A model generated the notes under the pieces. That model saw only the letters and a list, made by a program, of their open reading frames with translations. It was not told the origin of the DNA and ran no database searches. From Camelus ferus (taxonomy: Eukaryota), in contig NC_045696.1 in the NCBI RefSeq assembly GCF_009834535.1, positions 50,656,001 through 50,720,000 on the forward strand: a stretch of 64,000 bases of DNA. The letters run 5' to 3'. Both the position numbers and the translations under genes were made by a program. Positions 38,643 to 53,146 of this stretch are shown here, in pieces (within the stretch, counting starts at the first letter, position 1; each line of letters opens with the position of its first letter).

Positions 38643-40859
38643 CCAACGTCCTCCTGGGGTTGTGCTCCTAGGGGTTTTTGTTTGTGTAACTGTGAGAGGT
38701 GGGGAAGTGATCCTCTGGAACAAGTGGGGAGGGGCTGTAGGGAGGGGCGAGAAACCCAGGCAGAATTTTCTGCTGGAGTTTTGAAGGCCCTGCTTGCTTA
38801 ACTTTCCAGGTGCCCAATGTTAGTTTGCTCTTCCGGATGATAGGAAAATTTTGAGGGGTGGGGGGCAGGCAGACATAGAGAAGAAGTTTAAGAAGTCCTG
38901 GGGATTTGTTTGCTTACTTTTGCTTGCTTTTGTTTTGGGGATGGGGTTCCCCTGCAGGGTTACTTGAAAGGTGGTTGTGTGTCTCCAGAGATGTGGCAGT
39001 AGAGCTAAGAATACCCAAACCGCATGCCAGCAGCCCTAAACAGGCACTTTCTGGGTGTGGTGGGGTGTTCTGCCCCTCCCCTATCCCTTCTCAGCAAGTT
39101 CATATGGGTTCGCCTAAGTTTTTGCCCCAGAGTTGCCACTTTGAGTGGACTGAGTGAAAAGTAGGTTTTGGTTTCCAGCCCTTGTGCCATCTCCAAGTAC
39201 CCTGTACCCTGATCATGTTTGTTACAAAGATCTTTGTTACCCAGAAGTTTGCCAACATTGGCCAACGAATGAGTGTAATTTTCAAAATTCTTGAATGTGC
39301 AAACATTCCTGACTTATTCCACAATTGGGCCCCCAGCAGGCAGCCCAGCTCTGTGATGGTTTTTCATCCCTTTGGTTACAGCCAATAAATCAATCTCTGT
39401 TTTCTCAAGGGCAGCATGACAGTCTTAAAACTGTCTTAGACTGAGATGCGAGTGAGGTGTCCATACATCTGTGTGACCTGTTTTCTGAACCTTACCTCAA
39501 GTGAATATGAGGCAAGAGTTTGGCCATTTTGAGGTGTGTAACAGGTTTCCCAGGAACGTTTCTGAGGTCTTATAATTGGTACTTTTTAATGGTTTCATAA
39601 TTGAAACCCAGAAGTTTCCCATGGTAATTTTGAAGCACCTTGGGTCAGTGGGACAGAGACAGGGTGGAAACAGCAATGGAGTTATGATTTTCTGCAGGAT
39701 GAATTTTTGGAGCGAGTGTATGGAAAATGAAAGAGGTAAGAGTTGCTGCTTTGCTGATGGTGCCTGCCCCCAATTATTGCTCAGAGTTTGGCCCTTCAGG
39801 AGGCTGGATGCTGTGTACACCTATGAAATCTGAGGATTGAGATGTCAGACACTGTCCCTTTCATCCACTGTCAAGAGGTCTCAGGAGAGTAGCACTGCAA
39901 GAGATGTTCTGTCAGGAGAAAGTGCCCAAGCCACAGTGTTGGCTCTACTGGGGAGAGGGGTTGATAGAGGCCGGGATGGTTGGTTCCTTCACCACAGCTG
40001 GGAAGGGCGAGGGGATAGAGAGGACCCTGCTTAGCTGTTGATTGGCTGGCCAACTTCTGATAAGACGGTGATTTATGTTCCTTTCTATCCTCCAACTGGG
40101 TCTAGAGATTTAACTTTCTTTGAAATGTTCTTTCAATTGTTTGGGCTCCTAGCTCTCTTCTTGTCTGTAGTTTCCATACCCTAAGGAGGAATAGAAGATT
40201 TTACTCATGAAATAATTCAGTTGACTTCCCCAGGGATCACCAGGGTGTAACAGCATGGAGGGTGAGATGTGAGCCTACTGGTCACAGTGTTCCATGGGAC
40301 TCTAGGGGTTTGGGTTCAGATTTCAGCCAAGTCACTGATGCAATTAATGAATAAGGATTTCTCTCTTCATGTCTTTTAAACAAGTAGGAAGAAACCAACG
40401 AAGACCCAAGTGCAGCAAATAATTGCTATCCAGTTCTTTCTGGCCTCTGAATAAGAAAGTATTAACCTGGCATCAAAAGATACCGTACATTCAGAGTTTG
40501 CTTTCATTCCTCCAAACTCCAAGCCTCCTTGTTATCTGGGAAAAGAAGTGGGGGGGAAGGGAATGGAAATTGGGAAGGGAGTGGAAAGAAAGTGATTTGT
40601 TACATTTTTAAAAATCTATTTACTTTAACATATGGAACTTCTTGTCATCTCCATACTTCAGTTCAGCAAACGTTTATAGTACATCAGACCCCAGACTGGG
40701 AGCTTTTTTTTTGTCCCAAGAGAATAAGCTTTCTTAGTCGAAGGATAGTTCTCCAAACTACCCCCCTCCCAATTTTTATTTATTGCACAAGCGTCTACTA
40801 ATAGTAGTATGTTTTTAAATCACCCACATTCCTGTATTATAATACAGCTTGTTTTGTTC

Positions 40860-41103
40860 TTTAAATTTTTTATTTTTGTTATTGAAGTATAGTTGATTTA
40901 CAATGTTTCAGGTGTACAGCACAGTGATTCAGTTAGACATATATGTGTATTCTTTTTCAGATTCTTTTCCATTATAGGTTATTACAAGATATTGAATATA
41001 GTTCCCTATGCTATACTGTAGTTCCTTATTATTTATCTATTTTGTATATAGTAGTATGTATCTTTTAATCCTCAATTCCAAATTCATCCCTCCCTCTCTT
41101 TCT
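40860..41103 (-). mobile_element. Lineage-specific L1 3' end
   Basis: ttattgaagtatagttgatttacaatg..gaatatagttccctatgctatactgtag is the antisense of the same family as 5735-6023. Confidence 0.88.
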
Positions 41104-44100
41104 AGCACAGCTGTGTTTTTGTCCATCTCTGTGCATATATACTTCTCACATAGTTGTGATATAGGTAGAGGCTCTGTAGCATCTCTACATTTTTGACCAA
41201 AGACTCACAGAGAACAGGTATGGCCAACCACTTTACTGTTGCTGGGGACAACCTAAGTCCACATAGAGCCTTCGCATGTAATATTTTCACCATTCATGGG
41301 GCTAAATCAAATGTTTGGGGCCAGAGAGTGGGATGGAAGAGGATGGGTGCTTTTAATCTAGAAATCCATGTTTACAAAAAGCCTTCCTAAATAGGGCTTT
41401 TGCCTCCCTTGTAGCCCTGAGGGTTGGAAATGGGTAGAGAAGGGGAGGTGGAATCAGGAAATAAGGCTCAAAGGATCCATCTCAAGTGGTATAGCCCTGA
41501 GGATTAGGAAACTTGGGTTGGAGCCCTGGCTCTGCCTGTGGACTCCATTTACACTGACTCCATCCACTGAACTCATCGATTTCTGCCTCCCTGTTCCTGC
41601 CGAATTAGACTCCTTCCCCAAGCTTGCCCAGGCTTTCCTGCCTTTCCTTTTATTATTCCTCCATTCATACCATCTTTCCCATTCCTGCCACCACCATGCT
41701 TCTTCGTGCCCTTGACAGTTGTGTGATGCATGGCTGGAATCCCCACTGTCTACCTGTAGCCACCCCCTGCCCCCATCCTCCATCTGTCCCAGAAACAAGT
41801 CATCAACCAGCTTAAAAATAATCTAAGTTTACAGTCTATATTTCTTAGCCCTCTCACACGTGGCTCTGTCTCACCTCATGATAATATCACCTGGCTAGGT
41901 GCCCTTCTGCTCCAGCCTGACCCGTCTGTTAGCTGAGCCTTGATTTTTCGGGGGGGTTCATTCCTTGCTTGCTGCCTTGTCCCACCAAACCCCTTTCCAG
42001 TTAACACACCTTACTTTGTATGAGGCCTGCTGATAATGTGTTCCTGACAGATACTTGGTGAATGAATATTGATGAAAACGGAAGGCTGGATGAAAGGCAA
42101 TGGTTTTGTAAGATCAACAGACTGTTATCCATTGTCCTTAATCCATTGTTCATTTTGTGTCTAGCAAGGGGCCAGGTAACTGGAGGTTTAAGGAAGCCTG
42201 TGATTTAGAAAAACTGCTTTTTTCTGTTTTCTTATTTATGAAATGGATTAAATAAGGAATTACTATGGTTTAAGCAATGCACCTTATAAAAAGCAAATAC
42301 TCGAGAAGTGTTTGTTTATTTTGTTTGAGACACTTTCTTTTTCCTCAGGCCCAGAACAAGCTTCCTGCATCCCATGACCCATGAAGTCTTGTCAACATCC
42401 ACACAGCCTGAGGGTCTCAGGCGATGGAGTAGAAGAAGTAGGTGAGGCTTTCTGCCCACAGTCTACTGTCTCTGGTCTAGTGGGTCAGTTACGTTTTCCG
42501 GTTTTCTATTGCCACTTGAAGCTAGAGTGTTTCTCATCCTTCATTATTGGGAGAGTTTGGCTTTGAGTGGAATCTGGATGAAACAGATTGGTTCTGGTTC
42601 TGCTCAGATACTGTTTTAGTCAAAGCCTGGGGTGGCCTCTTTCCCCTGGGGTGGCCATTGAACCCCCCTTTCCCTGAGGCAAGTTCTGTTCGACAGGTTG
42701 GATACAAACCATCTACTGTGGATTCGGAGTCTAAGACAGCTGTGGAAAATCCTGCTTAGGTTTGGGTGAGGAAAGCCCTGTGTTTATGTGACTATCGATG
42801 GTATTACAGCAAATGCCTTCTGATCTGATGTACCGGGCAGTGTTTATCTCACAAAACCCAGAGGGATTCTGCGTCGCTCCATCTTCTGAAATTAAGTTAG
42901 GAAATAGTTTTTTCCTAATGGTGAATTTGGCCTTATCTTCAAAGACGCCCTTTGATGTTTGGGACAGGATTATTGGGCAGTAAGAGGAAATCAGAGGAGA
43001 AAGATCAGAGCCAATGATACACAGTCAACTTCATTTGGTTGCCAGAGAAAATGTTGAAGAAAGTCTCAACTACTTCTCCTGGTTAGTGACGGGAAAGTAC
43101 ACAATATGGGTTGAATAAAAAATCATACAGAAGGAGCTGAGCAGCAGAAAATATGGCAAAGGAATGTTTATTCTTCTCCAACATGAGTTTGGACAGCATT
43201 GGATAAGATGAGGGTGATGACTTGTGTGCAGGTTGGAGCCTTCATCCTTTCAACAAACTTTTTTTGCATGCTCGCTGTGTGCCTGGGAACCATACCAGAG
43301 CCCATGCCGCCCAGCATTCCCTGACAGAAGGAGGGGACACTGCAGAGCATAGCAGTGCAAACTCCAGTCTTAAAGTGCTCAGACAGGGTCACGAAGGAAG
43401 GCTTCTGGTGGGAGGGGAGCCCGTCTCCCAGGCCAAGTGCTAGAGGCAGAGACGGACTGGCAGGACTGAAGCGTTGACCTCTGCCCATGTGCATTGTTCA
43501 TTATTTCCTCCCACAAAACTTACTTTTCCTCAGTGGATAATAGGCTAAAGTATTAAGACAAGAGATTGCAAGTACGGAGTATTTTTAAAAATTATTTTAA
43601 GAAAGTTAAAAACTGGAATCTCTGCATTGAATACAGAAACTCAGAAATGTGAATCTTCGGTTTCTAAAAGCAAGTACTGAGTAACTTTCAGGGGAAGAAG
43701 GAGAAATGTGTGATCTTTTCTTGCTCATCTATGTCAGATTTTAGCTGAGAATGTTAGAAACACATGCCTGAGTTCAGCTTTTTACTTTTCAGTTCCACTT
43801 GCCCTTTGTTCTACTGTCTAGGGTAGGTTTGCTTGGCCCTGAAGTCATCCCCAGAGTAGCAGATGAGGAGACATTTATTTTAGGGACAAATAAAAGTTGC
43901 CGGGAACCTCCTTGGCTGCTAAGAGGTAGCTGTCCCACAGGATGGGAGCGACAGGTAAGAGGAGGAGGGTGTGTGGGACCAGCTGGCCTTGGAGGCCCCT
44001 CACCCCCAGGCTGGACTTGAATTGGACCCTTGAAGAGAGCCCTCCCCCACCTTTCTGGCCCTGCCACTGTTTTTCCAGAATCGTCCCAGCCAAGTGCCTT

Positions 44101-44519
44101 TACTAGTCTGAACTTACCTAACATTACAATCCCAGCACGTTTATTAGGTATCGGTCACAGTTAATTGGAAAGGAAAATTGGGGGGTTCTGGGCTTATTAC
44201 TTTTCTGTGAAAGTGGAGGGTGCTCTTAATTATTTTACCAGTCATCTCCCCCTCTTGGCTCTCCCTCTGCTTTCTGTCTAATGACTAGCATCCCACAGGC
44301 GTGTTACGGTAGCTCATCCTCTTTCACAGGCCTGTGCCCACGTGAGTGGGGTTTCATCACGTAGACAGTCAGCACAGCGCCCGCTTTTGCAAGTGAGACC
44401 ACAGAAAGTGATGGAAATTCACGGCTGTTTACTTCGGTCATTATGAATGGATGTCTTGTAGTGAACGAGTTACATAAAAATCTGCTGTGTTATAGCCAAG
44501 AGTTAGGTTCTAATGGCTC

Positions 44520-44740
44520 TTCCAACGCCCAGGCCTTCCAAGCAATCACCTGCGACCCTTCCTGGACGCCGTTGGTGGTCCTGCTGTCGAGAAGGCCGCG
44601 TCAGCTCCAGGTGAAAGCCGCCAGTCGGGTGCCTGTCGCTCTGTGGCCTTCTGTCGCGGAGACGGAGGCTGGGCAGTCAGGCCCGGCTTGCGCCTGCCTG
44701 GCCGGTGGCAGCTTGCCAGCAAGTTTCGCTGGGTGGTCTT
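44520..44740. promoter_or_regulatory. CpG-retaining intronic patch (candidate enhancer)
   Basis: Local CpG excess in sequence with no recognisable repeat. Confidence 0.3.
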
Positions 44741-47139
44741 CAACAATGGGAGAGAGGAGGGGTGGGGAGCCCAGCTCTCCTGCCCAAAGGGGAACAAGAA
44801 GGTTGGCAGCCAATCCCCTGTCCCTGAAACACCACAAAGGTCCTGAGTGGGGGTGAAAAGAACGGAACAGGTTGCTGAAGGTGGTATTGTGATGGAGTTA
44901 ATGCCTGTTCCTCTGATTTTACACACGAAGTCTTGCATTGATGGGGCGAGTCTCCCTCAGGAGGGTGAGCCTATACCAGCAGCAGGTACCCGTCAACATG
45001 GGAGAGGAGAATTATTATTCTCTCTCGGGGGACCAGCTGTGGACCCCGAGGGCAGGCTGAGATCTGGGAGTCCCAGTGCCAGAGAGGCAGAACTGCCTGC
45101 CTCTGTCGTCCTCCCGGTGATGTGGAGCATGAGAGCCGCCGTTTCCTGAGACCTGCTGTGTGCCAGGCCCTAAGCTCCGTGCTGTGAGCCTTGTTCCTGC
45201 AGTCCCCCAGCAGTCCTGTGGAGATGGACAGTCGGGTCCCATTCTGCAGACAAGGGAGCTGGAGCCTAAATAATTATAGAGACTTGCTCTGCTCTCACAG
45301 CTGGTAAATGACAGAGCCAAGATTTCACGGCAGGGCTGCCGACTCCAAAACTCAGGCTTTGGGGGAGAAGAAAAGTATCCAGACAGTCCCTCCCCCTAAG
45401 CAGAGCCCCCTTAGCTTGGGGGAACTTTCTTTTGCAACTAACAGAGTGGAAGGGGCAGGTGGCAGCCTTTATGAGACTTGCCTTAAGAGACATGAATTGA
45501 AAACTGGGACCACAACTGGAAGGTTTTGCCTGGCTCCACAGCCACAGCCGGAGGGAAGCCAGGTTCTGAGGCACAGCCAGTGTCCGGCTTTGCAAGCAGT
45601 GCTGAAAGCTGCCTCCATCCTGGGTCTCCTCTTGGAACATGTCTCCTGCCTTTTTCTCACCCAGGACAGCATCTGGATTGGCTGTCTGAATCTCTGCTTC
45701 CACCACAGTTGCCAGCTGAGTCCATTTGCTCCTCAGGTCTCTGCAAGTCTGATCAGGCCGGTCCTCTGGGCCCTTAGTGGGGTGAAGGTGTTTTGCCCAG
45801 CAGATACTTTTCCTGGTCAGGAGAAGTGGCAGCTTGTGCAGAAAAAATACCCTGGGGAAGGAAGAAGCAACTTTGACAGACAGGTAACTGACAGGAGATG
45901 GTACCTTCCAGGCAAATACTTGCCAGGCAGCCAGCAGAAAGAATTCTGCAGGCCATTACCTGCAGAGCGAAACCAGCCTCTCCCTGCTGCCTGCGGGGAA
46001 CGTGGAGATTTGGCTGCAAAGAGCATGTAGTTGCCCTCAGTTCCTTGTTTTTCTTTAACAAACGTGGAAAGCTTGAAGCCAGGATGTTCTGGGCTTTGGT
46101 TGGGATGTGGGAGGTGGTGCGCAGGACACCTGGGTTTAAGATATAGTTAGGTGACCAACCAGTTGAGTCACCAAGAAGAAATCACGGAGACTCTGAGCAT
46201 TTATCTCGCTGTTCTTGCAAGCTGACTTCTCTGGACACCATGTGGACGCAGACAGGTGGCCCAGGGGAACACTTTTGATTCATAATGTTCCTGCTCACCT
46301 CCAAAGCCCAAGGCCTCTGGCATCTGTGCTCTCCCAGGTGAGTGAGGAGTTACGACATTCTAGGGAACTGACCAGAGGTCAGAGTCTGGGCACAAGGGGT
46401 GCCTCTGCTTCTGTGGTTGTGTTTGTTTTCTAAAGGCAGGGGCCTGGACTGGAGGCAGTTCAGGTCCATGGCCAGAACCTTTCTGGATCTCTCCACATAA
46501 GCTGCTTTTCTCCCTCTCTTGTGGGAAAAGGCAGTGAGGGTGTCAGGTTCTGGCAGGAGTTGGGAGAAGAAAAGATCTCATGCTAAGAGGATCCTAGTTA
46601 ACATTCTTCCAGAAAGAGGAAGGAACAAAGGAGTCTGGGGAGTGTCTGGGGGATCCCATCTGAGAGAACAGAAGTCTGGAGTGAACCTTACTAGAAAAGG
46701 GGGTGAAGTGTTAGAGGAAGATGGTTGCTGCAGGAGGGAGCAGTGTTTCTAGGGCCACTTCAGGCCTGAGATTGTAAAGCCTCCTGATTAAGAGCAGGCT
46801 TTGGAAACAGACAGGCCTGGGTTTGAACATAGGCTTGCCAGTTGCCAGGCGTATAACCCCAGGCTAGTCACCTAAATTCTGATACCCCTGTATCTTAGTG
46901 TTGTTGCAAAGAGGAAGCAGGATACTTCGTATAAAATACATGAAATGCGTTATGGACATTGAGTAGAAGGTGGCTGTTATTAGGCAAGGAAAGAAAGGGA
47001 AAAAGGAACAGACTGAGTAGGTAGAAGCTGTACCTGCACAAGGCTTTATAGAGATAAAGAAATGAGAAGATGGGGAGAGAGAGGAGCCCACAGCAGGGCA
47101 AGGCCCTGCCCCAGGTGCACCTTAGGTACCAGTCCTCAG

Positions 47140-48070
47140 GCCTGGTCACTGCGAAGGCAATTCTCACCCAGCCTTCTCCTCCGCTTCTTCCCTGATTCAA
47201 CTTTCTACCAGTTACCAAACCAGGGAGTCATCTTTGACTCTGTTCTTTCTCCCCTATTCCATTTTAAATTGGCAAATGCTATAGGCTTTACTTTTTGGAG
47301 GAGGGGAGGCAGTTAAGTTTATGTTTGTTCATTTGTTTGTTTGTTTGTTTGTTTGTTTTAATGATACCGGGGATGGGACCCCAGACCTTGTGCATGCTAA
47401 GCACGCACTCCAACGCTAAGCTATACCCTCCCCTCTTAGGCTTTACTTTTAAGATGTATCCAGAATCCCTCTTCTTCCATCAGCATTTCTTACCTGGACT
47501 ATGGCAGTAGCTTCTTACATGTTCTCCCAGCCCCACCCATCCCTGACCTCCCTGCCTTGTCTGTTTTTCGTAGACAAGTCAGTGTTAGCTTCCAAAAGAG
47601 AAACCAGAAGCGATCATTCCCCTGCTCAGAACTCCCCATGGCATCTGTTTCATTCAGAGAAAACTCCACACTCTGTCAGTGGCCTCCCCTCCCCTCACCC
47701 GCTTCCACCCCCACAGTGGCCTCCTGGCTGCTCCTCCAACAAGCAGAACAGCCCCTCTTCTCAGAGGCTTTGCCCTCTGCCTGGAAGGCTCTTCCCCACA
47801 TCTGCACAGCCCGCTGCCCCACTTCATTCAGGTGTCTGCCTCGGTGGCCACCCTCCCCGGACTGTCCTTGATTACATCACACTCCCATCAACCTAATGTC
47901 TTTTTCCTCAACGTTATCACCTCCTGACACATCTCTATGTGTTCATCTGCTATTGTCTGCTTTCCCCTCAGAAGGAAAGATCCATAAGAACCGGGACCTC
48001 ATTTTGGTCCTCACTGCCTTCCCGGTACCTAGAGTAGAATCTGGTGTGTAATTGGTGCTCAGTTTTGTTT
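47140..48070 (+). mobile_element. L2 3' portion (interrupted by a Vic-1 SINE)
   Basis: ggagtcatctttgactc..; gatcattcccctgctcagaactccc; cctctgcctggaaggctcttcccc; ttggtcctcactgc..ggtgctcagt. Confidence 0.8.
47296..47436 (-). mobile_element. Vic-1-type SINE with perfect TSD
   Basis: Antisense head ..tgtgcatgctaagcacgcactc..agctataccctcccc with a (TTTG)n tract. 14-bp TSD TAGGCTTTACTTTT at 47282-47295 and 47437-47450. Confidence 0.92.
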
Positions 48071-49014
48071 TTTTTTTTTTTAACTAGTCTACAGGCCTCT
48101 CCTGAATCTCAGAAGGGCTATAAAAAGAGTTTCAAACAAAATGAAATAACTACCTATAGATTTATAGAAGAAAAATGCATTCTAAGTATATGTATACAGG
48201 GAGAGAAAGGTGTGGAGAATTCTAATACTAGTAGAGGGCCTATTTTAGAAAAGCCAGAAAGCAGTGTGCTAGGCCACAGCAGAAGGAAGCCCAGGTCTTC
48301 CATCTTCCTCAAGGTGACTGACCTCAGGAATGTCCCTAAGTGTGTCAGCTGTTCCCTCTGTAAGAGGAAGGTGAGAATAGACACCTCTCAGGCCCTTCCA
48401 CATTACTCGAGAAGAATTTACTGTACATGGACTTTAGGCCTGGTGCCGTGCTAAGCCTGGCTTGGAGCTGCAGAGAAGCCCAGGGCATCCTCACTCCACC
48501 AAGGGATAATAGTCTAGTCATTCACCTACAATTTCCTAAGTGTGCCTGGACCAGTCCACGGTACTGCTCCCTTCCGTTTGCAGAGTTGAACTGGAGTTCT
48601 GTTGAATCTGGGACATGAGAAACATGGGATGAATCTGAGAATAGTTCAGTTCCCCACATGCATGGGGGCCGGGAGGGGTCAGGCCCCATGCTAGGCACAC
48701 AGGCGACAGAAATGGTTTCTGCGTTTGGAGAGCTGACAGCCTTGGAAGTTCAAGGAATAGCGTTTGGATGCCTGCCCAGAGGGCGATAGATCTGACTTCA
48801 AATTGCATCTCAATCATCTCTGACTTGGTTCTAGACTTAGAAGCTAAGGAAGAATAAAAATAGGAACAAATATCCCAAGAGGTCTTGTGCTGACAACAAA
48901 CATGCCTGAGAAATTACACTCCCAAGATCCCTAGACCCAACATCTGCAGCATCTCGGGGGGCTGGGGAACGGCCCAAGCTGCCTCCTCCGGGTGTTTTTT
49001 AACTTAAAAAAAAA

Positions 49015-49478
49015 TTAATGGCCTTTTTTAAAAGCAATTGTAGGTTTATAGAGAAAAATTAAGTGAAAATTATAGGGAGTTGCCACATAGCCCTCAACCC
49101 CCCCCCCCCCGTTTCCCCTATTACTAACATCTTATGCTGGTGTAGTACATTTGCTACAGTTGGTGAGTCAGTGCTGACACATTGTTATTAATTAAAGTCC
49201 ACAGTTTACATTAAGACTCACTTTTTGCATTATACAGTCTATGGTTTTGACAAATGCATAATGACACATATCCACCATTATTATTATATCAGAATTATAG
49301 CTTCACTGCCTAAAAATTCTTGGTACTCCACCTTTTTGGCCCTCCTTCCTTCCCTCGCCCAATCCCTGGCAACCTCAGCTCTTTTATTGTCTTTGTAGCT
49401 TTGTCTTTTCCGGAATGTCATATAGTTGGCATCACACAGTGTATGGTCTTTCCAGGTTGGCTTTTTTCACTTAGCAAT
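49015..49478 (-). mobile_element. L1MC1-like 3' end
   Basis: tttcccctattactaacatctt..taaagtccacagtttacatta..ttttgacaaatgcataatgaca..gaatgtcatatagttgg..ttttttcacttagcaat. Confidence 0.85.
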
Positions 49479-52400
49479 CTCCTCCAATTTTAAACCTGGC
49501 CTTCTCCCCCTCCCCCTCCCATACACACATCCAGCTGGGGTGCAATGCGCTGGCAAAGGAGGAGCCCCCAGCCAGTGCTGAGACCCACCTGACCAGAGCC
49601 CACGGGTCTGCAGTGCTATTCCTTTGTCGCCATCCACTGAACATGCCCGGCCCTGGTGCTACTGGAGTTCAGCCCAGACTGGTAAACTGTCAGTTGCTGC
49701 CTGTGTTTTGGTTCCACATCTGGAAGTACCAGCTGTGCAGACCTTCCCATCCCATTCTTAAGTGGAGAGACAGGAGGAGCACTGGGCTGTTTGCCTTCCT
49801 CCTTGGTAGTTTGTTTTACTTGCTCTGGAGCTTCGGACTAGCGGTGGGGAAGTGAGCCTCCAGGGCAGGCAGCATCCTTCACACCACATCCGGCAGTGGC
49901 CACAGCTCCCTCAGCCTCTGAAGTCGCTGTCTCAGCTCCACCTGGGCTCCAGGGTGTCTGTGCTGAGCCCAGAGTGACTGAGCGCTGGGGCTTGTTTTGT
50001 GGTCATTGAGGAGGAAGAGTGATCGGGCGCAAAGAGCACGGGAAACGTTTTCCCTGTCAAGAGGTGCTTATTTCTCCCGGCAGCCTTGCAGATGAGGATT
50101 CCTTGGGAGTGTGGTGGCAGGAACTCCAATATTCAGGGCACTAACCAGTCACTAGACAGAGAGGCTCTCAGGGGCTGGGTGATGATTGTGGATTTTGTAA
50201 CAGGAGCAGAAGGAGGAGCTCCTCCACCCTCACTCCAGCTCTGGACCACGGTTAGGGTAAAGTGCATGCGAGTGGGGGTCATGTGAACCATCTGGTTGAG
50301 TCAGGCTGAAGAGGAGAGGGGGTGTACTAGGTAGAAAGAGTGCCAACCCCAGGGGAAGGGACTGAGATTTAGACCCAGCTCCCCTTGCTTCCTGTGTGGG
50401 ATAAACACAGAGCTGAGGCCAGCTGGTACCTTCTCACTCTGAAGGACACTCGGCAGGTGCATCAGTTAGTAAGAAGGAGGAAGAGGATTCTTTGGCCTCC
50501 TTGAAAAGCCAGCTTTCAGACTGTAGAAATTTGATTCCAATGATCCAAATCCTTCCCACCTCCTCCTCTGGTTTGCTCTCCTTGCCTCGCCCAGCCTCCG
50601 ATCTGTAGCCTGACCAGGGACTCACTGAGAGCTCTGGGCTGCCGTTCAGTGCTTCTTCCTACTTGTACCTACGTGTGTAAGTGGAGACTAATAGTCCCTG
50701 CCCCAGGTTTGTCACCAAGACTGAGCACTAATGCAGTGGAGTGTTTAAAGCACCTTAAACTCTTCAGAGAAGTACTCTCTGCAGGCAAGCTATCCTTGCT
50801 TTTGTTGTTAGGAATTGGGGCTGAACCTTCCCGTCCCCCAAGACTGCAGGTCTAACTCCAGAGTCTGGAAGGCTGTGACTGATTACTGACCGTCACTGCA
50901 TGGGAAGCCTTGGTCCTCGCCTCAGTTTGCTTGGGGAAGCCGAGGATAGCGAGCTGCTAAACACACGAGGGTGAGACCCATGTTCCCTGCCAAATCCATC
51001 CTTCACTCCTGAGTGCCCCTCCTCACATTCCTTCCCCCCCAGAGGCAGTGAGTCCTGAAGAAGACTCCCAGACCGGCTTCTGCAGGTGCACGCCTGCAGC
51101 GTGTGCCTAGGAGCAGGAGCCACATTTGTTAATCCAAAAGAAAATATGTGATCTGACAAACAATTTGGGATTTTTTTCCTCTCCTGATTTTTTTTGGGGG
51201 GGGGGGATCTTAGAAACACTGAGTTTATAAACATCTTGTAATGTACTAAAAAAACAAAAAAAAACTTTAGTGTAAGGAATGGTATTCTGTACAGTGGGGG
51301 CCATGCCAGGACCTCCCAATGGTGTGGTCGCCTGTTAGAGCGGAGTGGGCAGAGAGGCACGTTGTGAGCATCCCGGGGGATGGGGTGGAGCACCGGTAAG
51401 TGTTGGTGGAAGGAGGTCTCCAGTGCAGTCTGGGTCTTCTCTAGAACTTCCCCTCCAGAACAATCTGTAGAAACCGGAGCAGGGTCCCAGTTTTACCCAC
51501 CACCCCTCTTCCCCACTCTCTAGAAAAACGCAGCCTCCATGGAAGTGGAACAGGGAGGCTCCTGAACAACTGTTAAGCTCTACAGCTTTCAAAGCCCACA
51601 AGTAACGAGGACCAGCTACCCAGTTGTGATGGAATGTTAGGCAGGCAAAGCTAATTTTCCCCACATAAGGAAACTAACCACAAGGCCAGCGCTAGCACCT
51701 GTGGTCTAGTTGGGGGAAAAGCAGTGAGACCTTGTTTCTTTTAATCTCAGCCAAGAAAAGGTGTGTTACCCTTTCCCAGGCCGGGGGGTTCTGACCTGTC
51801 TCCCACCCACTGAAACTCGCTGCAGCCTGCCTCTCTTGGGTCACTTGAGGTGTTTCTCGTTATCCATATGCACAGCAATAAACCTTGCCGAGAACGGTGC
51901 TGTTTGTGCCTCTGTAGGCATTTTTCACGTGGACCTAAAGATGTTCGTAACCATTCAGGGGTGGCCTTTCAGTTGATCAGCCGGCAGATCATTGAGCACT
52001 ATGCCTGCTGCCCTCAGAACATGTGTAATCCAGATTCTGGATATTTCCCAGATCTAAGCCAAAGGTCATTTCACTTTGAACTACATTATCTACCTTCTCT
52101 CATTGGAAGAGCTCTTGGCTCAGAGGGGGTGCTTGGTGTCACCATTATCATCATGATGATTATCACTTTGGCTTGAGATAAGCTGCTGATTTATAATTCC
52201 TTCCCAAGAGCCCATATTCTTGGAGAACTTGGCTGTTTACATAGTTTTGTCAATTACGGTATGTTTGAGAATTTTATAGGTAGAGGAATGGAAGTCCAGA
52301 GAAAAGTGATGTATGGTCTTTTACTCGGACCTAGGGCTTGTGCCCTTGGTTGGTTCTGCCATCAGGGAAACAGCCAGCCAAAGGTGGGAACCTGCCATCT

Positions 52401-53146
52401 GTGAGATGTGCTCCAGGTTCTGGGGAAGGCCCACCCTGGGCAGGGAGGACCCAGGAAGGAGGCAGTGGGCATGGAGGGCTGCCAGTTGGCTCTGGGTTCC
52501 TGAGCCAGAGGACCAAGGAGATCTGCTCCTCAGGGCCTCCTCTGCTTATGACCAACAGAACCCTTTCAGGGGTGGGGCTGCCTCTTTGGCCTAACACTGA
52601 GGAGGCTTTGCAGGTTAAAGAGTGGGTGTACTGCTCTATGTTACCAGAACCTGAGCACTCGTGGCAATCTGCCCAACAGTGCTGTTTTTGGCTTAACTGA
52701 GATGATACGATGGCGGGGGGGTGGTGTCCTGGAACCTTGGTGCAGGATTGAGTAGGTTTGGAAGGATCTTGCTCTAGTGATCCTATTGAAAAAGTAAGTA
52801 TTATTCATCTATCTAAAACCTCAAATACACAGAAGCAGAAAAAAGAGTATCCTGACCCTATGTGCCCATCACCCAGATTCAACAATGATCAAGACAAACG
52901 AGAGAGCTTTTAAACTACTACATCGTTTTCATTATTTTGTGTGCAGATGGGACAAGGATGGATGCCACAAGGTTACCCTTTCCAAAAGAGGTGTGTCATC
53001 CAGCCTTCCCATGCCCTCATCGCTGTGGCGTGGACAAGAGAGGACAGCCCAGGGCACTCAGGTTTGATCGTCAGTTGCTCTAGCAGTTCTCTGAGATGTT
53101 TCTGTGTGTCTTCTCTACCAGATGCAGAGCTCCCAGGGAAAGCTTG

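Larger units (their letters stand above)
37430..38650. promoter_or_regulatory. CpG-island promoter
   Basis: ~1.2 kb of very high GC and dense CpG against a CpG-depleted background. Upstream GC box (~37020) and CCAAT (~37070); Inr-like TTCAGT at 37503-37508. Confidence 0.93.

Noticed and set aside
45308..46030. 240-aa ORF
   Set aside because: Begins in MIR-like sequence, has no recognisable domain and overlaps several equally uninformative ORFs. BLASTP/PhyloCSF would be needed to revive it.
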